NCBI GenBank assembly: GCA_963796955.1
Contig: CAWCNJ010000008.1
Location: forward strand, 128,001-192,000
DNA length: 64,000 bases
Direction: 5' to 3'
Source: Endomicrobiales bacterium
Lineage (GTDB): Bacteria; Elusimicrobiota; Endomicrobiia; Endomicrobiales; JALOBY01
Below the pieces are notes generated by a model. The model did no database searches, had not been told where the DNA came from, and saw nothing but the letters and a program-made list of their open reading frames with translations. The stretch's first letter is position 1. Each line of letters starts with the position of its first letter. Positions 51,980 through 61,366 of this stretch are shown here, one piece after another. The position numbers were made by a program, and so were the translations under genes.

Positions 51980-52915
51980 ATGGAAAAACTCACTACGGCT
52001 GTCATCGGCGTCGGTTCACTGGGGCAGCACCACGCCAGGATACTGGCACAACATCCTGCTTCCTCCTTAGCAGCTGTGGTCGACAATGACCTGAAACGGG
52101 CTGAAAAGATCGCATTGGGTCTGCATGTGCCTGCCTATAAAGACCATCATGAGGTGATAGGGAAGGCGCGCCTTGCGGTAATAGCCGTCCCGACACCGTT
52201 CCATTTCTCAATCGCAAAAGATCTGATAGAAGCCGGTATACACGTTCTGGTGGAGAAGCCGTTCACGGAAACCGTCGAGCAGGCGAAAGAACTTATCGCG
52301 CTCGCCGAATCAAAGGGTGTCATACTGCAAGTCGGACTGATCGAGCGTTTCAACCCTGCTGTTATCAGCGCCCAGGAATATATCAACAAACCAAAATTCA
52401 TAGAGGTCAACAGGCTTGGGCCGTATGATCCGCGGACCAGCCACATCGGGGTCGTTATGGACCTTATGATACACGACATTGATATCGTATTATCACTGAT
52501 AGGGGAAAAAGTGGTCTCGGTAGAGGCTCACGGCGCCTCCATTTTGTCGGAGCACGAAGACATCGTTAAAGCACGGATAAAATTCGAGGGCGGTTGTGTC
52601 GCCGATATTTCAGCAAGCCGCGTCTCGCTGGAAAAATACCGCAAGATCAGATTATTCCAGGCCGATAGTTATATCTCCATTGACTACGCGGGAAAATCGC
52701 TGAAGGTGTACCGTAAGAAAAAACCCGTTGTAAAATCGTTATTAGACATCGAAGTGACCAGCCCAAAACTAAAGAACGACGAACAGCTCTTCCTGGAGTT
52801 GGACCATTTCATAACCTGTGTTATTGAAGGAAGAAAACCCGAGGTGACCGGCGAACACGGCCGGGACGCGCTGGAGCTGGCGCTTGAGATACTGAGGAAC
52901 CTGAATAATCAATGA
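51980..52915 (+). CDS. Gfo/Idh/MocA NAD oxidoreductase, probable GnnA
   Basis: GVGSLG, EKP, ERFNP, DLMIHDID; immediately upstream of lpxB. Confidence 0.85.
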   Translation: MEKLTTAVIGVGSLGQHHARILAQHPASSLAAVVDNDLKRAEKIALGLHVPAYKDHHEVIGKARLAVIAVPTPFHFSIAKDLIEAGIHVLVEKPFTETVEQAKELIALAESKGVILQVGLIERFNPAVISAQEYINKPKFIEVNRLGPYDPRTSHIGVVMDLMIHDIDIVLSLIGEKVVSVEAHGASILSEHEDIVKARIKFEGGCVADISASRVSLEKYRKIRLFQADSYISIDYAGKSLKVYRKKKPVVKSLLDIEVTSPKLKNDEQLFLELDHFITCVIEGRKPEVTGEHGRDALELALEILRNLNNQ

Positions 52916-53991
52916 ACCTTTTCATTTCCGCAGGCGATCACTCCGGCGATATCCATGCCGCGAACCTTATCAAGGCGGTCCGCGCGCGCGTCGGGACGGT
53001 GCTCGTTGAAGCGCTGGGCGGCGGGCAGTTAAAAGATGTCGCCGACAAGTTCGACGCGGATCTGGTGAGCCTTGGCGGTTTCGGGTTCTGGCAGCCGTTC
53101 AAACAATACTTTAAACTTAAAAAGATATTCAACGACTATATTGTCGAAGGTTGGAAAGAACACAGACCGGATGTTGTCGTGCTGGTCGATTATTATGGTT
53201 TTAATATCCATGTGGCCCGATACGCGAAAAAATGCGGGATCCCGGTTTATTATTTTGTCGGACCGCAGGTGTGGGCCAGCCGGCCCGGACGCATAGATCA
53301 GTTGAGGAAAACCGTAACAAAAATGTTGTTGATACTGCCTTTTGAGGAAAAAATATACCACAATGCAGGTGTGCCGGCCGTCTTCGTAGGCAACCCGATG
53401 ATAGATACGGTCCCGGAAGCCGTGACGCCGCCGGAACAGGGCACGCCCTATATAGGTTTATTCCCCGGCAGCAGACCCAATGTTCTTAAGCGCCATCTGC
53501 CCATCCTGCTTAACACAGCCCGGATACTTGAAAATTCAACCCACGCGCGCTTCGCCTTCTTCGCGTCAAAAAATACCGCCGATCTTTTTGCCGGTCTGCC
53601 CTACCCGGTAATAATCGAGGATAATTATAACGAACGCCGGAAACTTACCCTCGCGATCACCACGTCCGGCACGGTAAGCCTGGAAAATGCATTGCTGGGA
53701 ATACCGATGATCGTAATGTACCGGCTCTCATCATTTAATTTCGCGCTTGCCAAGCTGCTCGTTTCCATTCCTTTTATCGCGATGGCGAACATTCTAACCA
53801 ATAAACAACTGGTGCCCGAACTTATACAGGACAAGGCCAACCCGAAGGATATTTCCGCCGCAGCGCTGCGCTATTTGAACGACCACGCGTATTTCTCTGC
53901 GGTCAGGAGCGAACTTTTGACTATCCGAAAGGACTTGGGAGCTCCCGGCGTATACGCCCGGGCGGCACAGATCATACTGGAGAATACATGA
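52912..53991 (+). CDS. lpxB: Lipid A disaccharide synthase
   Basis: AGDHSGD, PQVWASRP.R, LPFE, PGSR, SGT, PELIQ. Confidence 0.95.
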   Translation: MNLFISAGDHSGDIHAANLIKAVRARVGTVLVEALGGGQLKDVADKFDADLVSLGGFGFWQPFKQYFKLKKIFNDYIVEGWKEHRPDVVVLVDYYGFNIHVARYAKKCGIPVYYFVGPQVWASRPGRIDQLRKTVTKMLLILPFEEKIYHNAGVPAVFVGNPMIDTVPEAVTPPEQGTPYIGLFPGSRPNVLKRHLPILLNTARILENSTHARFAFFASKNTADLFAGLPYPVIIEDNYNERRKLTLAITTSGTVSLENALLGIPMIVMYRLSSFNFALAKLLVSIPFIAMANILTNKQLVPELIQDKANPKDISAAALRYLNDHAYFSAVRSELLTIRKDLGAPGVYARAAQIILENT

Positions 53992-55703
53992 TATACAAGC
54001 GCTTGACCGGCTACATCGACGAACATATTGGACGCTTTTCCCTGGCCCTGATATGTATGATACTTTTTTCAGCCATAACCGGCGCCAGCATGTGGCTTAT
54101 CAAGGCGGTGATCGACAAGATATTCATCGCGCGCGACATGCATATGTTGTACCTGATAATTATCTTGATACCGTCGATGTACCTGTTTAAAGGCATAGCT
54201 GCCTACGGACAGAATTACCTTATGTTCTATATTTCGCAGAACATTATCCTCAAGATCCGCGGACAGCTGTTCGCCAAACTGATAACTCTTTCACACGATT
54301 TTTATGTGCGCAATTCCTCGGCTAAAATGATGGCCCGGGTGACGAACGATGTCACGCTGCTGCAGACGGCCCTTTTTCAGGTGCCGCCCGCGATCTTTCG
54401 TGACGGTTTCACCATCATCATTATGATCGGCGTGGTGTTCTTCCTTAACTGGAAATTCGCGACGATCACGCTGCTGATATTCCCGTTAGCCGCGTTGCCG
54501 CTGGTATCGTTCGCAAAAAAAATGCGCGCGGCCTCCCGCCAGGGCCAGCACCAGATCTCCGAGATCTACGCGGTATTGCAGGAAGCTATGACCGGCATCA
54601 GCGTTATCAAAACCTTCGTGCAGGAAAACAACGAGATAGAACGGTTCAAGACCGAGAACGACAAATACTATCACGCGATGCAGAAATTCATCAGGGTCGA
54701 CGCCCGGTCGAGCCCGATCATGGAATTTATGGGGGCGCTCGGTGTCTCGTTCATTATCTGGTACGGCGGAAGGGATGTGGTCAGCGGGGTCTGGACCGCA
54801 GGCTCGTTCTTCGCGTTCATGACGGCGGTATTCTCTATCTACCAGCCGCTCAAGAATTTCGCCAGCACTAATTCGATTTTGCAGCAGGCCATGTCCGGCG
54901 CTGAAAGGATATTCAGTCTTCTCGACGAAAAACCGTCTATCGTTAATGCTGATGGTGCGGTGACCCTGCCGCCTTTCAAAGATACTATCGCCTTTGAAAC
55001 TGTGACATTCTCATACCAGCCTGAAAGAGTTGTCCTTGAAAAATTCTCATTGACCGTCAAAGCAGGCGAAGCGATCGCACTGGTCGGCCCTTCGGGTTCC
55101 GGGAAAACCTCTATCGCCAACCTTATACTTCGCTTCTACGATCCTCAGGGCGGGAAAGTCACTATCGACGGACACGATATTCGCAGCGTCACGCTGGAAT
55201 CCCTGCGCGGACAGATAGGTGTCGTGACCCAGGATGTGATGCTGTTCAACGATACCATCGCGTATAATATTTCGTATGGTAACCGCAGCGCCGGTACGGA
55301 AGGAGTGATAGCGGCAGCTAAAGCCGCTAACGCCCACGAATTCATCTTGAGACTGCCGCACGGCTATGATACGGTTGTCGGCGAAAGAGGGGTCCGTTTG
55401 TCCGGCGGCGAACGCCAACGCCTGGCGATCGCGCGGGCCGTGCTTAAAAACCCGCCGATCTTGATACTGGACGAAGCGACCAGCGCCCTGGACGCGGAGT
55501 CTGAAAAACTGGTACAGGCGGCCATAGAACATCTTATGCAAGACCGTACGACCCTTATGATAGCTCACCGGCTTTCAACGATCAGGCGGGCAGACCGCAT
55601 CATCGTATTGGATAAAGGCGCTATCGTTGAAGAAGGAACGCACGAAGAACTGGTAAAGAACGAAGGTGTCTACTCGCATTTGCATAACCTGCAAATACTT
55701 TAG
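53988..55703 (+). CDS. msbA: Lipid A flippase ABC transporter
   Basis: TM domain, GPSGSGKT, LSGGERQR, LDEATSALD; follows lpxB. Confidence 0.85.
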   Translation: MIYKRLTGYIDEHIGRFSLALICMILFSAITGASMWLIKAVIDKIFIARDMHMLYLIIILIPSMYLFKGIAAYGQNYLMFYISQNIILKIRGQLFAKLITLSHDFYVRNSSAKMMARVTNDVTLLQTALFQVPPAIFRDGFTIIIMIGVVFFLNWKFATITLLIFPLAALPLVSFAKKMRAASRQGQHQISEIYAVLQEAMTGISVIKTFVQENNEIERFKTENDKYYHAMQKFIRVDARSSPIMEFMGALGVSFIIWYGGRDVVSGVWTAGSFFAFMTAVFSIYQPLKNFASTNSILQQAMSGAERIFSLLDEKPSIVNADGAVTLPPFKDTIAFETVTFSYQPERVVLEKFSLTVKAGEAIALVGPSGSGKTSIANLILRFYDPQGGKVTIDGHDIRSVTLESLRGQIGVVTQDVMLFNDTIAYNISYGNRSAGTEGVIAAAKAANAHEFILRLPHGYDTVVGERGVRLSGGERQRLAIARAVLKNPPILILDEATSALDAESEKLVQAAIEHLMQDRTTLMIAHRLSTIRRADRIIVLDKGAIVEEGTHEELVKNEGVYSHLHNLQIL

Positions 55704-55710
55704 GAGCTCC

Positions 55711-56700
55711 ATGAAACGATTTCTGTTAGCGGTATTGCTGATCTCAGCCCTTATAACAAATGTGTTAGCGCGCCCTCAATCTCCGTTGGCCTACAATGCG
55801 TTCGATGGTATTGCCCCGGGCGGACGGTCGCTTGGTATGGGGCTGGCAGCGGCCGCGGTGGGGAATGACCCTGCCGACATATACTTCAATCCGGCGGGCC
55901 TTGCGCTTCTTAAAGACGATAACGTTCTGGGTTTGTCATTTGAAGCGGCCCGTCAAAGCAGCTTGAGCACGGATCAGTTGTTCTCCAATGAGACATTAAA
56001 GAACACCAACCTGACGCTGATAAGCCTCTGTAACTCAAAAGGGGCTATTTCCTGGAGGCCGATGGCTTCGTACTCCGTCTCGACAACGACCGTTAACGGT
56101 GGTTTTTCCAGCACAGAAGTGCATGTAGACGAATTCACTCTTTCCGCAACACAAACGGATGATAAGATAACGAACGGGCTGAACCTGTCGTACCTTTACG
56201 GCCGGGTTGCCCAGGCCGGCATAGACAACGGCACACCGTCGGCGAATATCGCTGACGGCAACGGTTTCTCCCTGGGTTATGGACTATTGTATAATGTGTC
56301 ACCCATGTTCCGCCTGGGGATCGATGCCGATAACATCGCGGCCTTTATGTGGTGGGACGATTTTGAGACCCAGCAGCTGCCATTCGTATTACGCGCGGGT
56401 TTTGCGTACCAGATAAGCAAATTCGTGACCTTCGCCTACGATTTCGATAAAAGGTATTACCGGGATCCGGTTCCGGCCCTCACTCAGAACCATTTCGGGC
56501 TGGAACAGAACCTGGGCGATATATTAAAGATCCGGGTCGGCATCTACGGTCCCGATATGAACGACCTTGAGGTAACGCACTACACCGCGGGTCTTGGCTA
56601 TACGCAAAACAATCTCAATTTTGACCTCTCAGGCGAGAAATACCGTGTGGATTTTACCGATGTCTACCGTATCGTCCTGGGCTTATCAGTCCCATTATAA
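55711..56700 (+). CDS. Outer-membrane beta-barrel, FadL/PorV-like
   Basis: Signal peptide; GGRSLGMG...DPADIYFNPAGLA motif; amphipathic strands. Confidence 0.7.
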   Translation: MKRFLLAVLLISALITNVLARPQSPLAYNAFDGIAPGGRSLGMGLAAAAVGNDPADIYFNPAGLALLKDDNVLGLSFEAARQSSLSTDQLFSNETLKNTNLTLISLCNSKGAISWRPMASYSVSTTTVNGGFSSTEVHVDEFTLSATQTDDKITNGLNLSYLYGRVAQAGIDNGTPSANIADGNGFSLGYGLLYNVSPMFRLGIDADNIAAFMWWDDFETQQLPFVLRAGFAYQISKFVTFAYDFDKRYYRDPVPALTQNHFGLEQNLGDILKIRVGIYGPDMNDLEVTHYTAGLGYTQNNLNFDLSGEKYRVDFTDVYRIVLGLSVPL

Positions 56701-56715
56701 GCTGCCCGGCTTAAC

Positions 56716-56772
56716 AAAATAAAACTCTCGCCGGGCGCATATGCATATGCTGACCGGCGAGAGTTTTATTTT
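56716..56772. terminator. Bidirectional intrinsic terminator
   Basis: Perfect 19-bp inverted repeat aaaataaaactctcgccgg/ccggcgagagttttatttt between convergent genes. Confidence 0.85.
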
Positions 56773-56786
56773 AAGAAAAAAGTAAA

Positions 56787-56975
56787 TTAAGCTTTCTGAA
56801 CTTTGTTCGATTTAAGGCAGGCAACGCAGACCAGCTTCTTCTTTGTTTTGCCTTCAACCTTGATACGGATATCCTGCAGATTCGGACGGAAAATTCTTTT
56901 TGTGCCGACGTGTGAATGGCTGACCGTATTTCCTGTTTTCGGCCCTTTGCCGCAGATAGTGCATTTGTAAGACAT
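56787..56975 (-). CDS. rpmB: 50S ribosomal protein L28 (Zn-ribbon form)
   Basis: MSYKCTICGK..GNTVSHS..TKRIFRPNLQ...CVACLKS; GGAGG RBS on the minus strand. Confidence 0.95.
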   Translation of the reverse strand: MSYKCTICGKGPKTGNTVSHSHVGTKRIFRPNLQDIRIKVEGKTKKKLVCVACLKSNKVQKA

Positions 56976-57044
56976 TGAGTTGTTACCTCCACTTGGATAT
57001 TACGAAACACATTTATATCAAATTTAGAGGACAATATCAAATTT

Positions 57045-59150
57045 ATGGAACAAAAGAACCTTGATCAATCGGTCCAATGCCTTAAGGGCATGGGGCCTGC
57101 AAAGGCTCAGATGCTTTCAAGGCTTGGCGTAACGAGCCTTCGGGAAATGCTGACACTATTTCCGCGCGAGTATGATGACCGGCGGCTGATACAACGGATT
57201 GGTACCGCGCCGGCCAATACCCGGGTTACGGTAAAGGGCAAAGTGGAGACGGCTGAGGTTATGGCTCTTTCTCCAACACTTAAAATTTTTAAGGTGGCGG
57301 TTTCGGACAGCTCCGGGATATGTTACGCGCAATTCTTCCGTCATGTAAACCCCTACCAGCGGTTTGATATTTTCGCTTCACTTAAAAGCAGCTTTGTCCC
57401 GGGCCAGTGGGTGATACTTAACGGTATCATGGAGTACCGGTTCAGGGAAAGACAATTATCAGTTGATGATCACGCCTTGCTTGCCTCCGCCGATGCCCCG
57501 CTTCCGGCCTCCTTTAACGGAATTATTCCAATATATCCTTTGACCGAGGGGATCTCGCAGAAGTTTTTGCGGGGCATGATGACAAAGGCTGTTTCAAGCT
57601 ACGCTAAAGAATGGCCGGAGCTGCTGCCTGAGACTATGTGTGAAGAACTTAAGCTGCCCGGCGCCGCAAAAGCGGTTCGCAGCATCCATTTTCCGGCCAG
57701 CTTTCAGGAGGCGGAAAGTGCCAGGAAGCGGCTGGCAGCCGATGAATTCTATCTTTTGGAAGCAGCTATGACGCTGGTAAGGGAACGCTCACAAAGACAA
57801 ACTAAACCGCGTTCCTATGAAGTGAAAAAGCATCTACTTGGGCAGTTCCGTGTAAAAATGGGATTTGAATTTACGCGCGCCCAGAAAAGATCCATCAACG
57901 AGATCTTCTGTGATATGCAAAAGACAGCCCCAATGAACCGTCTGCTTACAGGTGATGTAGGTTCGGGAAAAACCGTTGTTGCTCTCAGCGCGGCATTGCT
58001 TGCCATAGAGAACGGCTTCCAGGCCGCCCTTCTTGCGCCCACTGAAATACTTGCTTCACAGCACGCGGTCTCAATTTCAAACCTGCTTGAGGGATTGCCG
58101 GTGAACATCGCTCTGGTTACCGGCAATCTCTCAGCATCGGGGGCAGGCCGCGCGGCACTTCGCAAGGCGGTGGCTGATGGCTCAGCGCAGCTGGTTATCG
58201 GAACACACGCCCTGCTTGACGAAAACGTTTCTTTTAAAAACCTTGGCCTGGTTGTGATTGATGAACAACACCGGTTCGGTGTGCTTCAGCGGGCGGCGCT
58301 GCAGAAAAAAGCATCTATGCCGGATGTTCTTATAATGACGGCTACCCCCATACCGCGTTCTCTTGCGTTGACGCTGTACGGCGATCTTGATGTTTCGGTA
58401 ATTGATACACTGCCCCCCGGCAGGCTGCCTGTGATAACGAAACATGTTGCTGACCATGAAGCGTATTCATTTATCAAAAGTGAGATCGCTAAAAAGCATC
58501 AGGCGTTTATCGTTTATCCGCTGGTTGACAGCACCGATTCTTCCGAGATGAAAGCGGCCGCAAGCGAGGCGGCGAATTTGTCGAAGACAATTTTTTTCGG
58601 TCTGCATGTTGGCTTGCTGCACGGCCAGATGAAAGCCGCCGATAAGGACGCGGTAATGAAAGGTTTCAGGGACGGCACCTTTGACATACTGATAGCGACA
58701 ACGGTAATAGAGGTCGGCATAGATGTGCCGAACGCAACGGTAATGATGATAGAGCACTGCGAACGCTTCGGCCTTGCGACCCTGCATCAGCTTCGTGGCC
58801 GTGTGGGAAGGGGAAAGTCTCAATCGTATTGTCTTCTGGCCGGACAGCCTTCCACGGAGCAGGCAAAGAGGCGTATCGATGTTATGCTTTCGACAACGGA
58901 TGGCTTCAAGATAGCACAGGAAGATCTGGTCCTAAGAGGACCCGGGGAATTCTTCGGCACGGCACAGCACGGAATGCCTGAACTTAAAGCGGGAAATATC
59001 ATAACCGATTTGGATTTGATCAAGACCGCGAAAGAAGCTGCTGAAAAAACTCTGAGCACCGACCATACTCTTGCGTTAAGCGAAAACAGGCAGCTGCGTG
59101 ACGAACTGACGCGCGTTTTTGGCGGAAAGATATCACTGGCAACAATATAA
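57045..59150 (+). CDS. recG: ATP-dependent DNA helicase RecG
   Basis: GDVGSGKT, DEQHRFGV, TATPIPR, QLRGRVGRG, RGPGE. Confidence 0.97.
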   Translation: MEQKNLDQSVQCLKGMGPAKAQMLSRLGVTSLREMLTLFPREYDDRRLIQRIGTAPANTRVTVKGKVETAEVMALSPTLKIFKVAVSDSSGICYAQFFRHVNPYQRFDIFASLKSSFVPGQWVILNGIMEYRFRERQLSVDDHALLASADAPLPASFNGIIPIYPLTEGISQKFLRGMMTKAVSSYAKEWPELLPETMCEELKLPGAAKAVRSIHFPASFQEAESARKRLAADEFYLLEAAMTLVRERSQRQTKPRSYEVKKHLLGQFRVKMGFEFTRAQKRSINEIFCDMQKTAPMNRLLTGDVGSGKTVVALSAALLAIENGFQAALLAPTEILASQHAVSISNLLEGLPVNIALVTGNLSASGAGRAALRKAVADGSAQLVIGTHALLDENVSFKNLGLVVIDEQHRFGVLQRAALQKKASMPDVLIMTATPIPRSLALTLYGDLDVSVIDTLPPGRLPVITKHVADHEAYSFIKSEIAKKHQAFIVYPLVDSTDSSEMKAAASEAANLSKTIFFGLHVGLLHGQMKAADKDAVMKGFRDGTFDILIATTVIEVGIDVPNATVMMIEHCERFGLATLHQLRGRVGRGKSQSYCLLAGQPSTEQAKRRIDVMLSTTDGFKIAQEDLVLRGPGEFFGTAQHGMPELKAGNIITDLDLIKTAKEAAEKTLSTDHTLALSENRQLRDELTRVFGGKISLATI

Positions 59151-59186
59151 ACTCCTTGAAATTTCATATTGAACTTGCAAAAAATA

Positions 59187-59215
59187 TTGACAAAATAAGG
59201 TAAATGTCCTATAAG
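59187..59215 (+). promoter_or_regulatory. Possible sigma70 promoter of the coaD-pil operon
   Basis: TTGACA-17 bp-TATAAG; would give a nearly leaderless mRNA. Confidence 0.35.
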
Positions 59216-59223
59216 GTATATAA

Positions 59224-59727
59224 ATGAAAGGGCCTGTCGCTGTTTATCCCGGAAGTTTTGATCCGCTCACCAATGGGCACCTGGACATAATTGTCAGGGC
59301 TACCCGCCTTTTTCCAAAAGTCATTGTAGCCGTAACCGATAATGCCAACAAAAATCCTACGTTCTCAGTGGACCAGCGCCTCAGCATGATACAGAGCGCA
59401 ACGTCCGGCCTTAAGTCCGTACGCATAGAGCGGTTTTCCGGCCTGCTGGTGCACTACCTTATAAAAACGAATGCTTCAGTGATCATCCGCGGCCTGCGGG
59501 CGGTCTCTGATTTCGAATATGAGTTCCAGATGGCGTTGATGAACCGGCGTCTAGATAAGATCGCGGAAACGGTATTCCTGATGCCCGACGAATCGTATAC
59601 GTATCTTTCATCCCGTATGGTCAAAGAAGTCTACCGCCTCGGCGGAGACGTCCGAGGGCTGGTGCCGGTACATGTCGAAAAATACCTGCGTGAGAAATTC
59701 CGCGTAAAGAACAGGGAGAGCCTTTGA
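59224..59727 (+). CDS. coaD: Phosphopantetheine adenylyltransferase
   Basis: YPGSFDP.TNGH, RGLRAVSDFEYE, SS..VKE. Confidence 0.97.
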   Translation: MKGPVAVYPGSFDPLTNGHLDIIVRATRLFPKVIVAVTDNANKNPTFSVDQRLSMIQSATSGLKSVRIERFSGLLVHYLIKTNASVIIRGLRAVSDFEYEFQMALMNRRLDKIAETVFLMPDESYTYLSSRMVKEVYRLGGDVRGLVPVHVEKYLREKFRVKNRESL

Positions 59728-61358
59728 GCCTTGCCGGCCTTAAGAAACGACTGGGGGATATTCTTGTCGAGGTCGGTATCATCACCTCCGAACAGCTGAG
59801 CGACGCCCTGGAGATACAAAAACGCACCGGCGGGAAACTGGGCGCCATACTCTCGCAGATGGGCGCCATCAACGAAGAGGTCATGCTCGCCTTTCTCGGT
59901 AAACAGTGCGGCGTCTCCTATATTTCTCTTTCCGAATACGGCGTTATACCCCAGGAAGTCATACATACCGTGCCCAAAAGCATCGTGCGGCGTCAAAACC
60001 TGATACCGGTTCGTATCAACGGACAGATCGTGACCGTGGCGATGGCCGACCCCTTCAATATTTTCGCGATCGATGATATCAAACTCACCACGGGACTGGA
60101 CGTGCAGGTGGTGATCGCTCTTGACGACGACATTAAGAAAGCCATCGATACCTATTACGCGGTATTTTACGAATGCGATGAATTATCCGGCAAGGAAATG
60201 CTTCCCGATGAAGACATTGTCAATTATGTGCTCTCGCCGGGTGTAAAAGCCGGCTCTTCTGCCGTGTACATTGAACCGCAGGAAGAAACCCTGCGCATCC
60301 GCTACCGGACCAACGGTATGCTGGAGCAGCAGTCACCCATCCCCCGCTCTTATTACTCTTCATTATCCTCGAAATTAAAATCGCTCGCCGGGCTCTCCGC
60401 GGCGGCACCCGGTACGGCCTGTAAAGGTTTTTTCAAACTGACGGTATCCGGTATCGAAACCACGATCCATATCTCTTTCCTGCCGACCATCGCGGGGGAC
60501 CGCATCGTTCTTAAGCTTTCCCGGGACAATGAAGCGCTCCGCGACCTCAATCAGATGGGCTTTGAGCCGGAGACTGTCTCGGTATTCATTAAGAACCTGG
60601 AAAAGGCCAATGGGATGATCGTTATCACCGGCCCCAACGACTCGGGGAAAACCAGCACTCTGTATGCGGCCATTCATTACCTTAACCACCCCGACTGCAA
60701 TATCATGACGATAGAAGAACGTATCGAATCGCTGATACCCGGGGTAAACCAGATACAAACGGAGCCGGAAAAAGCATTAACGGCGGCCGGTATCTTACGT
60801 TCTTTGAAGGTTCAGGACCCGGATGTGCTGATGATCGAAGAGCTCTCCGATCCGGAATGCGCGGCCGCGGCCATATCGGCAAGCCTGACGGACAAACTGG
60901 TTTTAACGGCGCTGCCAACCTCAACCATAAATGAAACCTTAACCCAATTCTATTACCTCGGCGTGGACCCGGCGGTGGCTTCCCAGGGCATTTCAATGAT
61001 CGTCAACCAGCGCCTTATACGGACCTTGTGCCCAAAATGCAAGGAAGCATACGAAATACCCGGCTACAACCTCATTTCTGTCGGGGTTCAGGAAGAACTT
61101 CCGGAAAAAATGAAGTTGTTCAAACCGAAAGGCTGTCCTTTTTGCCACCACAGCGGCTACAGCGGCCGCACCGCCGTGCATGAACTGTATGAATTCGATA
61201 AGGAATTGCGCAGGTCTATCGCCGAAAATCCACACAAACTGGATAGTGAAAGATTTTTCACCAAGCACCGGATCCTTTCCCTGCACGAGGCCGTGTGGCG
61301 CAAAGTGAAATACGGTGTTGCCGATGTTGAAGAGTTGTTAAAGATCACCAGGAACTAG
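59724..61358 (+). CDS. PilB/GspE-family protein with MshEN domain; catalytic motifs degenerate
   Basis: RLGDILVEVGII..QL..AL..Q; GPNDSGKT; QDPDV; CPKC/CPFC Zn motif; His box missing. Confidence 0.85.
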   Translation: MSLAGLKKRLGDILVEVGIITSEQLSDALEIQKRTGGKLGAILSQMGAINEEVMLAFLGKQCGVSYISLSEYGVIPQEVIHTVPKSIVRRQNLIPVRINGQIVTVAMADPFNIFAIDDIKLTTGLDVQVVIALDDDIKKAIDTYYAVFYECDELSGKEMLPDEDIVNYVLSPGVKAGSSAVYIEPQEETLRIRYRTNGMLEQQSPIPRSYYSSLSSKLKSLAGLSAAAPGTACKGFFKLTVSGIETTIHISFLPTIAGDRIVLKLSRDNEALRDLNQMGFEPETVSVFIKNLEKANGMIVITGPNDSGKTSTLYAAIHYLNHPDCNIMTIEERIESLIPGVNQIQTEPEKALTAAGILRSLKVQDPDVLMIEELSDPECAAAAISASLTDKLVLTALPTSTINETLTQFYYLGVDPAVASQGISMIVNQRLIRTLCPKCKEAYEIPGYNLISVGVQEELPEKMKLFKPKGCPFCHHSGYSGRTAVHELYEFDKELRRSIAENPHKLDSERFFTKHRILSLHEAVWRKVKYGVADVEELLKITRN

Positions 61359-61366
61359 GAGAATAT

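Noticed and set aside
56771..57040. 89-aa minus-strand ORF
   Set aside because: Alternative frame overlapping rpmB, which has the recognisable sequence and RBS.
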